From the human T2T-CHM13v2.0 reference genome, Homo sapiens: a stretch of 64,000 nt of DNA. Every line of letters begins with the position of its first letter. Position 1 is the first letter of the stretch. Both the position numbers and the translations under genes were made by a program. The notes under the pieces were generated by a model. It saw only the letters and a list, made by a program, of their open reading frames with translations. It was not told where the DNA came from and ran no database searches. Shown one piece after another: positions 51,379 to 64,000 of this stretch. The stretch is taken from NCBI RefSeq assembly GCF_009914755.1, contig NC_060929.1; one strand, 5' to 3'.

Positions 51379-54339
51379 GAAATTATCAAGGGGTCAAGAG
51401 ATTAAAATGTTGATCTTTTGCCGGTACTCAACTTGCATTAAAACAAATCTGAAAGGCAAACTTTGTATGAAACCTTAATTCTTCCTTTGCCACAAACCAT
51501 AAAAATTCCTCACTAAAGTTATTTCACTGAAAATTTCCCCCGACTCAGTGTGTGTTCTACATAATTGTCTTTTGTGTCATTCTTTGTTTTTAGACCCCCC
51601 AGGCTCCTTGGGGTAAGGACTTTGTCATTAATTTAGCACAGCTGAATATATTACATGGTGCCATGTGTATTTATAGAACTTTGCTAAGTAATGATGATTC
51701 AGTTTTGGTAATCAGCACTTGCGATGATCATATGGTTATGCAGATCAACACTTACTATGCAAAAATCATTTCCTATGGGGCAGATGTGCTGGTCTCCCTC
51801 CTAGTAAATTTTTAGATCAGTAAATTTTTTGCAATATAAAAGTCAATTTAGGATTATGCCTTTGATTGTCTTGTTACCCAAGGGAACCAAGAATACAGAA
51901 CCTTTCTATGGTGCTAAGTTACTGAAAGTCAATAACACTGGTGGCATAAGCAGCAACTAATTCTAATAATCAAATGACACAAAATGCCCTTCTTGATCTA
52001 AGGCCATGGTGATAGTGATTCACTTTACTAAGCCAAAAATCTATTGTTCAAACACATTAAAATATTTGGAATACAGTCATTCAAATGTAGTTCCTACAGT
52101 GAGGCATACTGAGATTTGGTTGGAAATTGGAAATAATAATTTTTACTATGTATTTTGGGAGATAACAAATGCTTCCAGATTTCAGACTTAACTTTTCTTC
52201 ATAATCCCTTTAATTTATTTTAAAATTTCAAAAACAGTTGTATTGCTGTTTAAAAACTGGTAGCAAGTGCTTCATGTGTTAATTTAGTAATACTCAATTA
52301 AATAGTGGATTCTATCACTCTAAGATAAATACCGATCCAAGTTAGTAAGAAAGAAGTCAGGAAGAGAGTAGCGAAGGAAGGAAGAAAGCAAAGAAGAGAG
52401 CAAGGAATTTGGAGAATTGAAATTTTAATTTCTAAAATATCAGATTTCAACCATGAAAAAAGAAATTATTTTAGAAGCAAGCCATGATCTTCAGCGTTTT
52501 CATGCTTAAATCTTCAAAATGCTCTCACGTGAAATTTAGCTTTAATGTTATACGTGGCTTCTTAGAAATTCTTAACCATTTCCCTTTATTTATCATAATC
52601 ATCACCACTAGCTGATTGAAATCTTTGTGATATCTACTGATTTGAAGTTGATAGACAACTGTAACCCTATTTTTAAAATCTAGTAATTAAGTGACATTAT
52701 ATCACTCATCACACATAAAACCCTCAATAACAACATGAATATATTCAAGTATCCAATTATATTCTGGGGTGCACATACAAATAAACAGTACCACAATAGA
52801 AATTATTAACAGAAATGATGACAGTTCCACAATACTAGCTGCTGCAAACACCAAACATTATTAAATCTGTTGTTTTATGCTCTTCTTCCTCCCTCCTCAC
52901 TGTGGGAAATGGTGGGTGGGGAGGAAGGCTGTAAACAAATTTTTGCTTGTGTATGTGTGTATTTAAAACTTCCTTCTTACTGTTCATCTTTGGCACTAAC
53001 TAGAATAAACCTGTAAAACAATGTCTTTAATACTAGAGTGGTTTTTGTCTTTCCTTTGTTGTTATTGATGTTGTTTTGTAAAGATACATGTAAAGAAACA
53101 CTATTTTTATGTTTTTGGAGAGCAGGATTAGAAAATGTGGGTCTATTCAATCTTGATGGGGATAAGTGACTAAAAAGCAATGTGAAAATACAGAATACCT
53201 GGGTCCACGTGTCAATGTTATATAGGTTCTAAATTAGATATACTTTGAAATTGAGGCTTGCTGGCTTCCAATGTCTTTTTAAACTTCCCCAAAATTGATC
53301 AGATTGGAGATTATAAAAGAAAGGAGACATTGGAGATATAAAAACAAAACTAGACAACTTGTGGGTGGTCCCATAGAGTACAGCAAAATAGCAGAGCTAG
53401 ACCGCAAAACACCAGAAAAGCCAGACTGTGATAGTAAAGCAATGAGAAAGAAAAAAATCTGGCAACTTTCTGATCTCCCCTCCTCCTGAGTATTTCATTA
53501 TGTTTATGAGACTACTTCTGCAGTATGGGTAAAGGGGGTGTAGAATAGTTTCTCATATGTGTGCACTTTTGTAAAGAAAACTATGCAGGCAACATCCATT
53601 GTACCTGAGAAGATCTAAATGTGCAAATACATCAAATATTTTTTATTTTTTAGATTTCATAAGGATTATAAAAATAAAAGCAGAAAAGTCCCAATTCATT
53701 CTTTCTAGTAGTTAGAATGCTGACACACAACTAAAAGGGAAAGAAGACCTTGTAAGGACTTCAGAAATGAAGAATATGAAATAGAGGTGAAAAGTAGTAA
53801 TGTTTCATTCGGGCTCACAGATAAATAGTTTTAGGGAATTGTTCAAATATCTTATAAATATAGTTTTAAATTTATAAATATTAGAGACATCCATTACTTG
53901 CAATGCTTAAAAAATATCACTCATAACCTTGTAACAGGCTTATTTTGGAATAGTAACTCAAAAGCAATATTATTAAAAATGTATTTATTTTGTAAGATTC
54001 TCAGAAATGTGAACCTGCAATGGTCATCTATACCAGTTAGCCTGCTGGGAATTAAAGGTCTTGTAATTTTTATCCTTTGCTCATTATTACACAAAGGAGG
54101 TGGGAAGAAGTAAAACTGCTCTAATTTAAAAATATCTTTCTATTTATTAACCCCCCCCCAAACACTCCCATTTATGCCTCACAATTCTTGGATAAATGTC
54201 CTAAGCGTAGTAAAGCCAGATCTGTTTGTGCAATGGCCACCTTCACTTTACCTTCTGTGTTATAGATTTCAGTGAATAAACCTGTGTTACTCATCCTTTT
54301 CAACTTTGTGAAGGTAAACATTTAATAAATAAGCAGAGA

Positions 54340-54393
54340 ATATATATATATATATATTGTGTGTGTGTGTGTGTGTGTGTGTATGTTTGTGTG
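54340..54393. repeat. Compound (TA)n(TG)n microsatellite
   Basis: Read directly from the sequence. Confidence 0.92.
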
Positions 54394-55455
54394 TTCACAG
54401 AAGTGGTAAGGACTGAGGCAAACTGTGAAACAGATTTTCTCTTCTCTCTCTAAAGGGGCCAGCTGACCTGAAACTTTCAGTGGTTGTTCCTATTTCTGGA
54501 TGCAGGCTTAGGATTGTCAGATGTCTTGATTTTTAAAGGAGTCATATTTTTTGTTTGTTTTGTTTAACTCTCAGGACCCATAACCAAAATACATACCTGG
54601 AGACAAACCTCATTTTCTTATACTTTGTACACAGGTGAATCAGCAAACAGCAGATTAACGAGTTTATAAACTTGGACTAAATTATCACATCAGAATTCCA
54701 CCTCAAAGGAAAGAGAATTCGTTTTATTAAAGAATTTGTCCTCTTTTGCCCTTAACCTATCCATTCTTACTGCATACCTTCTTCCCTCCCTGTTTTTTCC
54801 TTCCCTTCTTCCCATTTCAGATTTCCAACTTACCATCCAACCTTTCTCCTTTTGCTTTCTTACATTCAACAAATACTTACATAGCTCTGCTCCAAAGCCT
54901 GTACCCTATCAGACACTTTCCTCTCACATTTTTTCAAGTTGTCTCTCTTTTCCCTGCATCCTCCATCTTTCTCTAATAACTTTCCTTTAAAAAATCATGT
55001 TCCTTTATACTATAAGACTATTCTTTCGAAAACTTGTTACCCTACACTGTAATAATTGTCCTTCCATCTTTTTTCTTTTAAATGATTCTTTCTCACCACC
55101 AAAAATGTTTAAAGCATAGTCTAATTCTCAGTGCTTTTATCTCCACATTTAAACTCTTACTTCTTGAATGAGACAAATCCATCTTTTGAAAACACTCTCC
55201 CCAAAGTTTGTCTTTTTTTTCTCTTTTTAAATTCCTTGACTTGTATTTTGTAGATGACAGCTGAGCCTTCCCAATTTTCCTTAAATCAAATTCCTAAAAT
55301 CCTTAAATTTGCCTTTAATTTCTGTGACATTCCATTATCCTCCTACATACATTTAAATTTAATTTTGAAGAATGTTTTGTATCATTTTTATGACATTTAG
55401 TGTTTTCAATCACAAAACTAATACAAGTTAATTAAGAATTGAAAAATGCATGAGA

Positions 55456-56760
55456 TCTTTTAAACAAATGTTCCTGGGACAACTGGATATCCACATGCAA
55501 AAGTAAAAAGTTGAATCCCTACATATTACCATATACAAAAGTTAACTCAAGATTGGTAATAGACCTAAATGTAAGGGCTAAACCTATAAGATAAAACCCT
55601 TACAAGAAAGCAGGTGTAAATCTTCATGACCTTGGATTAGGCAATTGTTTCTTGGATATGACACCAAAAGCATAAGTGACAAAAGAAAAGATAGATAAAC
55701 TGCATCAAAATTTAAAACTTCTGTGATTCTAAGAATTTCATCGAGAAAATGAAAAGACAGCTTACAGAATGGGACAAAACATTTTCAAATAATATATTTC
55801 CTATGGGAAATTTGTATCCAGAATATATAAAGAACACTTACAATGCAACAATAAAAAAGACAAATAACCTAATTTCAAAATAGACAATGAATTTGAATAG
55901 ACACTTCTCCAAAGAAGATAGACAAATGGCCATTAAGTAAATGGAACATGCTCAACATCATTTGTCACAGGGAAATGCAAATCAAAACCACAATGAGATA
56001 CCACTATACACCCACTGTAGTGTGTAGATACCACTATACACCCACAGAAATGGCTAAAATTAAAAAGGCAAAAGCAAGCATTGGCAAGGATGTGGAGAAA
56101 TTGGAATCCATTGCCTAATCCAGGGTCATGCAGTGCCAATCAGATCATAAAACAGTGCAGCCACTTCGGAAAACAGTTCATCAGTTGTTTAAATGTTTGT
56201 AATATTAAACATAGTGTTGCCATAGACAGAACAATTCTACTCCTAGGTATATACCCAAGAGAATTAAAAATGTATATTTACACAAAAGCTTGTGTTTTTC
56301 GTAGCAGCATTATTCTTAATAGCCAAGAAGTAGAAATAGCCCACTGATTAATGGTTAAACAAAATGTGATATATCCAAAAATGAAATATTATTTAGCAGT
56401 AGAAAGGAATGAAGTACTCATATATGCTGAACTATAAATGAACTTTGAAAATGTTATGCTAAGAAAAAGAAGCCAGTCACAGAAGACCATATACTGTATG
56501 ATTCCATTTATATGAAATGTTCAGAATAGGTAAATTTGTAGAGATAGAAGGTAGATTAGTGGTTCCCAGGTGATGGGGACAGTGGGGAATGTGAAGTCAT
56601 TGCTAATGGGATTTGGCTTGGGAATGATTAACGTATACTAAAATTAAATAATGGTGATGGTTTGTACAACTCTGTGAACATACTAAAAGCCATTAAACTG
56701 TACACTCTAAAAGGATGAATTACTTGGTATCTGAATTGTAGCTCAATAAAACTATTAGAA
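55456..56760 (+). mobile_element. 5'-truncated L1MB-type LINE (end of ORF2 plus 3' UTR)
   Basis: aacaaatgttcctgggacaactggatatccacatgcaaa...gaatagacacttctccaaagaagata...gggaaatgcaaatcaaaaccacaatgagataccac...ctcaataaa. Degenerate TSD aaaaatgcatgaga / aaaaatacataaga. Confidence 0.92.
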
Positions 56761-56964
56761 AAAAATACATAAGAACACAGATTAGAAAACAAAAATCACC
56801 TATGAACTCAACATCCAAATATGATTACTCTGAATCTAGGAGAGAAATAGGACAGATTTTAGACCTAGAGCTGCATTGGAATAGTGTTCTTTTTCACTTA
56901 CTAATGTAGTCATGGCTAAGTTCTTTAACTTCTTTGGCTTTAAAAAAAAAATCTGTAAATGGAC

Positions 56965-57650
56965 GCATTAGTAAGCACAGGGTAAACTGCTATTAGAAAT
57001 AAGCCCTGAAATATAATGTATCAAATATAACCAGTCTATTCCTGGGCTCATATAATAGTCCAACAAGGTTGGGTTTAGGTTGGTGGCAGCTCTCAGTGAT
57101 TTGAGAATCCAGGTTCCCTTTAGATTTTGACTTTGCTATCATCTAGGACAGGGGTTAATAACTTTTTCTGTAAAAAGCCAGATAATAAATATTTTAGGCT
57201 TTGCAAGCCATAAAGTATCTGTTACGACTACTTAACTCAACTCTGCTGGTGCAGCATAAAGCAGGCATGGACAATATGCAAACAAATGTGTATGGCTGTG
57301 TTTCAATAAAACTCTTTACAAACAGGCAGTAGGGCAGATCTGGTCCATAGGCCATAGTTTGCCATCCCAGCTGCGGGGTCTTCCAGGCCATCTGCATCCA
57401 GCTAGCAAAAAAAAAAAAAAAAAAAAAAAAGAAGGTATGGAGGAAGCATATCTGCTTCATAAATGCTAAGCCTGTAAATTGAACTCATCATTTTGTTCAC
57501 ATTATCTTAGTGAGAACAAGTCAATATTATAAAAAATAACACTTACCTGTGAGAGGGGTTGGAAAACGTCTGCAAACATCCACTTCCTAGCTTCACCTCT
57601 TTGGAAGGTGGGATGAATTTGGTGGACGGTTACTCACTTTTGATACATTT
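56965..57650. mobile_element. Old MLT1-type LTR relic hosting MER58A and an A24 run
   Basis: cattagtaag...aaactgctattagaaataagccc...gtgatttgagaatccagg...ttttgttcacattatcttagtgagaacaagtca. Confidence 0.5.
57149..57370 (-). mobile_element. MER58A (hAT-Charlie MITE)
   Basis: caggggttaataactttttctgtaaaaagccagataataaatattttaggctttgc...ggccatagtttgccatccc. Confidence 0.9.
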
Positions 57651-57951
57651 ATGGTACTGATGTGAAGATGAATAATAGTATCTATAAAGTTCCTCAAACA
57701 TAAAAGCATTCAGTGTACTATCCTTCTTATCATATATAGTTTTAGCAAATATTTCAATCTTCTTTGATTATAACTTCTGTCTTAATTTTATTATTTTTTA
57801 AAAACGTATGAAATTTATTTTATTATCCTCTTCCTAAGGTTTATTCTACTATGATTATCCACAGCCCCTTTTCTCTACCTTATTTCCATTTTTCACCCAA
57901 TTCTATTATTAAATTAGTTAACAATTCAACTACCAGTTTTTAATAATATTA

Positions 57952-58619
<668 letters not shown>

Positions 58620-58788
58620 TCTTATATTCTGTGGTCTCCCAAGTTCAAAATTTCTGAATTTTTTTTAACTTACCTTTATACGTATATTGACTCCCTGTAT
58701 ACATTTCCTTTTTATTTTTATTTTTGTCTTTTCTAGTATAGTTTATATGTCTTTCTCTCAGTTTTTCTGCCCATTCTTTACTGTAAAG

Positions 58789-59263
58789 TGTATTGGATTC
58801 CCAGGGCTGCCTAAACAAAGTACCACAAACTGGCAACTTAACAGAAATTTATTATCTCCCAATTCTGGAGGCTAGAAGTCTGAAATCAAGGTATCGGCAA
58901 GGCGATGCTCCTCTCTGAGACCAGGAAGGAAATCTTTCCTTATCCCATCCCACCTTCCGGTAGTTCGCTGAACAGTCTTTGCAGTTTCTTCCCTTGCAGC
59001 TGCACAACTCCAATTTTACCTTTGTCGTCACTTGTCATTCTCCCTGCAGGTGTCTATGTTCTCATGACGATCTTATAAGAATATTATTTATATTGGATTA
59101 GGGGGTCCACTCTACTTTAGTGTGACTTCATCTTAACTAATTACATGTATAGTGACCCTATTTCCAAATAAGATCCCATTCTGAGGTATTGGGGGTTTCG
59201 ACTTCTACATATGTGTATTTGGCAGGGGAGATAGAATTCAATACGTACAATTCGGTACATACA
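58789..59263 (-). mobile_element. MaLR solo LTR (MLT1C-type)
   Basis: tgtattggattcccagggctgcc...acaaagtaccacaaactgg...tcttaactaattacat...accctatttccaaataag...ttctgaggtattggggg. Confidence 0.88.
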
Positions 59264-59320
59264 AGTCCTCATAACCTATTTCCCAGACCACTATGGTAGC
59301 TTTTTTACCCATCTTGCAAG

Positions 59321-59569
59321 CAGAGTGGTCCAACACAGAGAACATTAATATTGCTTGCAAAATAAATAAGACATCTGTGTATACACTAAAACTGACATTA
59401 AAGCCTTAGAGAAAGTTAATTCTAGATAAACTTTGGAAAAAGGAGGACTGGAAATCTTTCTTTCCTTTATACCCTCTATTCAGTTTTCTCAAAATTCAGT
59501 GAGCATGTACATCACCTGGGGATTTTGCAAAGGAAGATTGTGATTCACTAAATCCCAAGGAAGGGGCTG
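59321..59569 (+). repeat. Copy A of a ~250-bp local direct duplication
   Basis: Aligns by hand to 60601-60850 with about 34 mismatches and 3 gap bases (~85% identity). Confidence 0.92.
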
Positions 59570-60600
59570 GGATTTTCTTCTTTTTGAAAAAATATTGCAG
59601 TATATATTCTGCTAAGCAGAAATCATAATATTTACTTTATAGCATTGTCATGAGGATTATATGAGGTCGTGTATGGGAACATGTCTACCATACATAACTT
59701 CTGACATGGGGTCGAGGGGTCCTGCAATAAATATTGTGTCTAAATTTATAATCATAATTACACAACTCTGTTATTTAAAAATGTTAACATCATAAGCTAG
59801 TATTATTTCTCTGAATGTCCCATGGAGATTAGCATTGCCTTGCTCCCAAAATATTCAATAATTATTTTCTTTATGAATTTTTGAAAGTAAGGCATTTGAT
59901 AAGATGCCTTCTGTATTTCGAAATAGCACAACTCTAAATAAGAAAAGAAAATTTTAAGAAATTATGTCAAAGGGAGAAAAAAGAAAATAAGTATATCATG
60001 GCCAAGTTGAGTTCATTAGTATTCTCCTTTATTTATAAGTCATCCCGACAATGTTTTGCTCATATAGGAAATATATATAGTGTTTCAAAGTTGGTTATTG
60101 AAGGTAAAAAAAAAAATCTGTTTTACGTTTTAAAGTAAAAGAATTTTCTTTAAATAAAAACATGGTGTCGAATCTTAGCATTTACTTGTTTTAACCACAA
60201 CAACAACCTGCTTTCATACATATTCTACACACACTATCATTTCTTCAGCATTCTTTGTTCTGAAAGATTGCACAGAAGTCTAAGTAGTGTTAATCTCAAT
60301 CCTTTTATCTTCTAATGTATGAAAATCTAAAACTGAATTAACTCACAGAGCTTAAAGGACATTTAGTGATCATTTGATCTCCTTTTATAAATAAGAAAAC
60401 ATTACCTAAAATAATTATGTCACTGTGATCATGCTGCTAATTAGCGCCCAAACTGAGATTATAAACTGGACTCTCGTCAAGTGCTTCTCGCAATCAAATT
60501 GGAGATAATGAAGATGAAATCCAGGAATGATCCCTGAGAGTGAGAACTCTGTGTGGAAGCCCCTTACACTTGGCACAGAAGTGGTCGAGTGCGCGTCTTG

Positions 60601-60850
60601 CAGAGTGATCCAGCTCACAGAAGATTAATATTGCTTGCAAAGTGAATAAGACATCTGTGCATACATTAAAACGGGCGTTAAAGCCTTAGATATCGTTAAT
60701 TCAGGAAAAACAATTTTGAAAAAGGAAGACTGGGAATCTTTCTTTGCTTCATACCCTGTATGCAGTTTTCTCAAACTCAGTGAGCATGTAAATCACCTGG
60801 GGATTTTGTAAATGGAGATTGTGATTCAGTAAATCCCAGGGAAAGGGCTG
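60601..60850 (+). repeat. Copy B of a ~250-bp local direct duplication
   Basis: Same alignment as copy A. Shared blocks include attaatattgcttgcaaa, aataagacatctgtg, ttaaagccttaga and cagtgagcatgta. Confidence 0.92.
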
Positions 60851-60922
60851 ACAGTCTGTATTTCCAACAAGCTCCTAGGTGATGTTAATGCCTATGATTC
60901 AAGAACACGCATTGAATAGCAA
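60763..60922. mobile_element. MER5A/MER5A1-like MITE (a truncated copy lies at about 59481-59575)
   Basis: ttctcaaact...aatcacctggggattttgtaaat...tgattcagtaaatc...tttccaacaagctcctaggtgatgttaatg...ttgaatagcaa. Confidence 0.75.
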
Positions 60923-61719
60923 ACTCAAGAATTCATGTAGATTACAATCTGTGGTGTCTGAGCAGTGCTTAGCCCTGTCCAAGGCACCTTCCTCTCAATG
61001 ACCACAGTACTTGCTATCTCCAGCACTGGCCTGGTCCTTAGCTCTATCCTACTTTAATGTTATATCCAGGGTTTTTTTCTACACAACTAGAAAAATCTTT
61101 TTGAGGTATAAGATTATGACTCATATCTCATTGAATCTGTAGTGGCTAGCAATGTTGAAGACTTGGAAATATTTATGGTTTACTATACTGTTGAGAAAAA
61201 AATATTTAAAACTCGTATTCAATGAAGGAAGTCCTTTTTAAACATTAGTTTTTGGACAAAATTTGAATAATTTTTTAAGCTAGTCATGTTATATCTGCTA
61301 TGATATGCGAATCATGCCATATTGTAAAATGTATGATTGGGTTTATCATATGCATTAACCTATGGCATATAGTGCTTTATTTATTTTGAAAAAGAAATAT
61401 TTAGTAATTCCATTTACAATTTCATTTCTATCTGAAACTGGAAATTATAAATCCATTATATATAAAAAGTCTTTTGTATATGATGATAATGTTACAGAAA
61501 AAAATTAACTAAAAGTAAATCCAGTTTAAATAATAAAAATATTTTGGAAAAATTATGCTGAGAGATGAAAACAAATATTTTAAAAATAGGTTCATCTATT
61601 CAAACATTAATAAAATTAATAGTATGCATTAATTTCAAAATAAGTAAAGGATTCTTATTTGGAAGGAGATGAATTTTTCCAGTGAAATTATTTGAGGACA
61701 GGATAGGACACCTTTATAT

Positions 61720-61990
61720 TTCTATGGCACAGCCTGATCATAAAGAGAGATATACTTGAAACAAATATTCTAGTGATTCATCAATTTCTTCAAGGTCTTT
61801 TTTGGTTTTATGATATCCAAATATTCTCTTTTGGAGCATATAAAATATCCTCATTCTTGGCAATTTTCTCTTTTGCAATTGGTAACTGGTCTATTTCTTC
61901 CATATGCTGATCTGTCAGTGTTTTTGCTTATAATTTAGGCAATTCTTCTCCATCATTTTCATTGTAGGAAATTATGGTGATTTTGCCTGA
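61720..61990 (-). mobile_element. Probable ancient Tigger/pogo transposase C-terminal relic
   Basis: The minus strand translates as NENDGEELPKL*AKTLTDQHMEEIDQLPIAKEK and, in another frame, KKDLEEIDESLEY. This resembles the acidic tail (D/E-D-V-EELL..H...LT.E.L.EL) of Tigger transposases. Confidence 0.5.
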
Positions 61991-62039
61991 AATACCTATT
62001 CCCAATTCAAAAATGTATTAACAGCAAGGATCAAGGATA

Positions 62040-62430
62040 TTTATTAGCATACATAGCCGGATATAGAGTATGCGCCAGATATCAGATGGCAGGTGCTTCT
62101 GACGCCATCAACGACTCACGTTCTCTTTGTCTCTAAACCTGACTTTCATATCCTAGGCCTCATCCAAAACTAGTTCCCTTGTAGTTTCACAATGGCTTCC
62201 AGAGATATTTTAGGATGCCTTTTTGATTTTCATAAGAAGAGAGAGCAAGAACATGTGAAAGAGAAAATTCTTCCCCATTCTTCCCCAAACCTAGAACGGA
62301 AGTCTTTCTCTTTTGTCAAGTGGACAATTAAAGTCATAGGCTCAAACTGAGTCAATGATGGCTAAGAGGGAGTTGTCAGGAACTTGGATTGTCTAATTAG
62401 AAATCCATCTGGAGATGAGGATTTGTGTAG
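62040..62430. mobile_element. Old MLT1-type LTR relic
   Basis: gacgccatcaacgactcacgttctct...cacaatggcttccag...aaactgagtcaatgatggctaagaggg. Confidence 0.45.
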
Positions 62431-64000
62431 AATCCTGAAAAAAATCAGAGATCACTTTAGAAGGAAGGAGAAGGTGTAGGATTATTCCAAGCATACTGGT
62501 TTTATAAAATCTAGCATCTTTTAAAACATTCAGCTTCATGTAACAATAAATTTGTCCTACTTTTATTTTGCACTGTCTTCTGACATCAAGTGAAAGTGAC
62601 AATGAAGACATAATGAATAGGGAATAGATGCCAAGTTAAGAGTGGAGAGAAAGGACTAATTTTACAAGTGATTGTTTTATTAATACATATTTTTGTGCGG
62701 TAAGAATTTGGGTGTCTTATCAATCTTTCAATTGAAGAAACTCAGGAAATGAATACTTATGTAACAAGGATCCCCTATATTTCCCCTAATATATATTTCA
62801 CGTATATTACATGCCTGTAATTTATTAGTTCCAAGGGAAAGTATTCAAATATTTTTTACTGTGCATCAACAAAAAAGAATGTAGATATTGACAATCCAAG
62901 GGGGTCATCTACGTTTAAGTTATAGAGAAGGTGACACAAAGGACCTCAATTTTTCCATGCACAGAAACAATGAATTTGAGGCATGTTCTTGGATAGTGAA
63001 GCACTCGAGCATCAACGCACGATGCAAGGTCACTGGAAAAAGCTCTGTCCTTGGTATTTTTCTCTGGCTCAGGAAACGATATGTGTAATAATATTGGTTA
63101 ACAAAATTATATTCAGTTTGTAGGGGAATCTTATTATATTTGTCTCTTATTTGTGTGATTTTCCCTTTTTTTTTAGTTCTAAATTAATATGCAGCATTTG
63201 TAAACCCACGTAAGAATGAACTGTGTTCTAGCAGATTTCTTTTGTATCTTGTGGCACAAGAGCTATGCTGAATTGATAGGTGAAGATGGGGAGAAAGATT
63301 GGCCTTTTTTCATATACGTTGAGGACTGAATCTGTGAAAGAAGATGACCATCAAAAATGATATATTGTTACTCAAGGGTGACAGTTAGAAAGGTGCATGT
63401 CAGTAATGACAAGCACAGGGAGGGACATCAGCCAGAGGCATCAATTCCTTTGTCCTTGATCACAATGTAACGAGCACTGGATAAAGACTGAGGAGGCTAG
63501 TCCCTGACAACTAACTTTACATATAACTACAGAGAGAGTAAGAGAAAGGTCAAAATGTTTTATCAAGAGAAAAGAATCTCTACAGACTGGTGGCTAAGAC
63601 AACAAGTTAAGTATTGAGGCTCAGAATAAAACATCTCTAGAAATACTCCTCTAGCATGCCTAGCAACATCTCTGCCTTTGTTTTGGCTGTTTGTTTGCTT
63701 TCTCCCTTGTCTTTCCACGAGCAGAAGGATCACACAGGGCATGTGGCCTTCAGGAAAGAAGTGACTGAGCAGGGTGAGGGTACGGGGTAGCAGCTAGTTA
63801 ATTAGTTAGTGAAAATGCTGGCCTGGTCCCTTGGTACCAAGAATCAAGATGAACTGTGAGGAACAACTGAAAGGAACTCTACCTTAGCGTTTGTGATGAT
63901 ATGTGGGCAGGATAAAAATATTTCTCTTCCCCACAAGATTGTCTTTTCTCTTTCCAGTATTATCGAGGGAGGCTGAACACAAGATAGAAACACCAGCCAG

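Noticed and set aside
57407-57430. A24 run as the tail of a processed pseudogene
   Set aside because: No upstream AATAAA, mRNA-like body or TSD. It sits inside an LTR relic and is more likely a slippage expansion.

Overview
AT-rich, CpG-poor primate genomic DNA (human or another catarrhine, since an AluY is present). It looks intergenic or intronic, and I cannot name the locus. No protein-coding gene, RNA gene, CRISPR array or prokaryote-type system is supported. The 60-125 aa ORFs in the track are chance ORFs or come from Alu, MaLR-internal or L1 sequence. The window is a layered transposon record: 8 Alus (J, S and Y ages), MIR/L2/L3 relics, old L1M fragments, hAT and Tigger MITEs (MER44, MER82, MER58A, MER5A, MER53, Tigger4), ERVL and ERV1 solo LTRs, and many MaLR LTRs. 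The most notable structures are: (1) two full-length MaLR proviruses (MLT1A-type and THE1A) head-to-head at 42.2-48.6 kb; (2) an intact MLT2A solo LTR with a DUX4-type motif; (3) a close inverted Alu pair; (4) a ~250-bp, ~85%-identical local duplication at 59.3/60.6 kb whose copies differ in CpG retention; (5) a perfect 19-bp AT-rich palindrome; (6) a probable Tigger transposase relic near 62 kb; (7) a candidate spliced 3' end of a transcript at the start of the window. Subfamily names come from recalled consensus sequences, not database searches. I found no convincing previously undescribed biological system.
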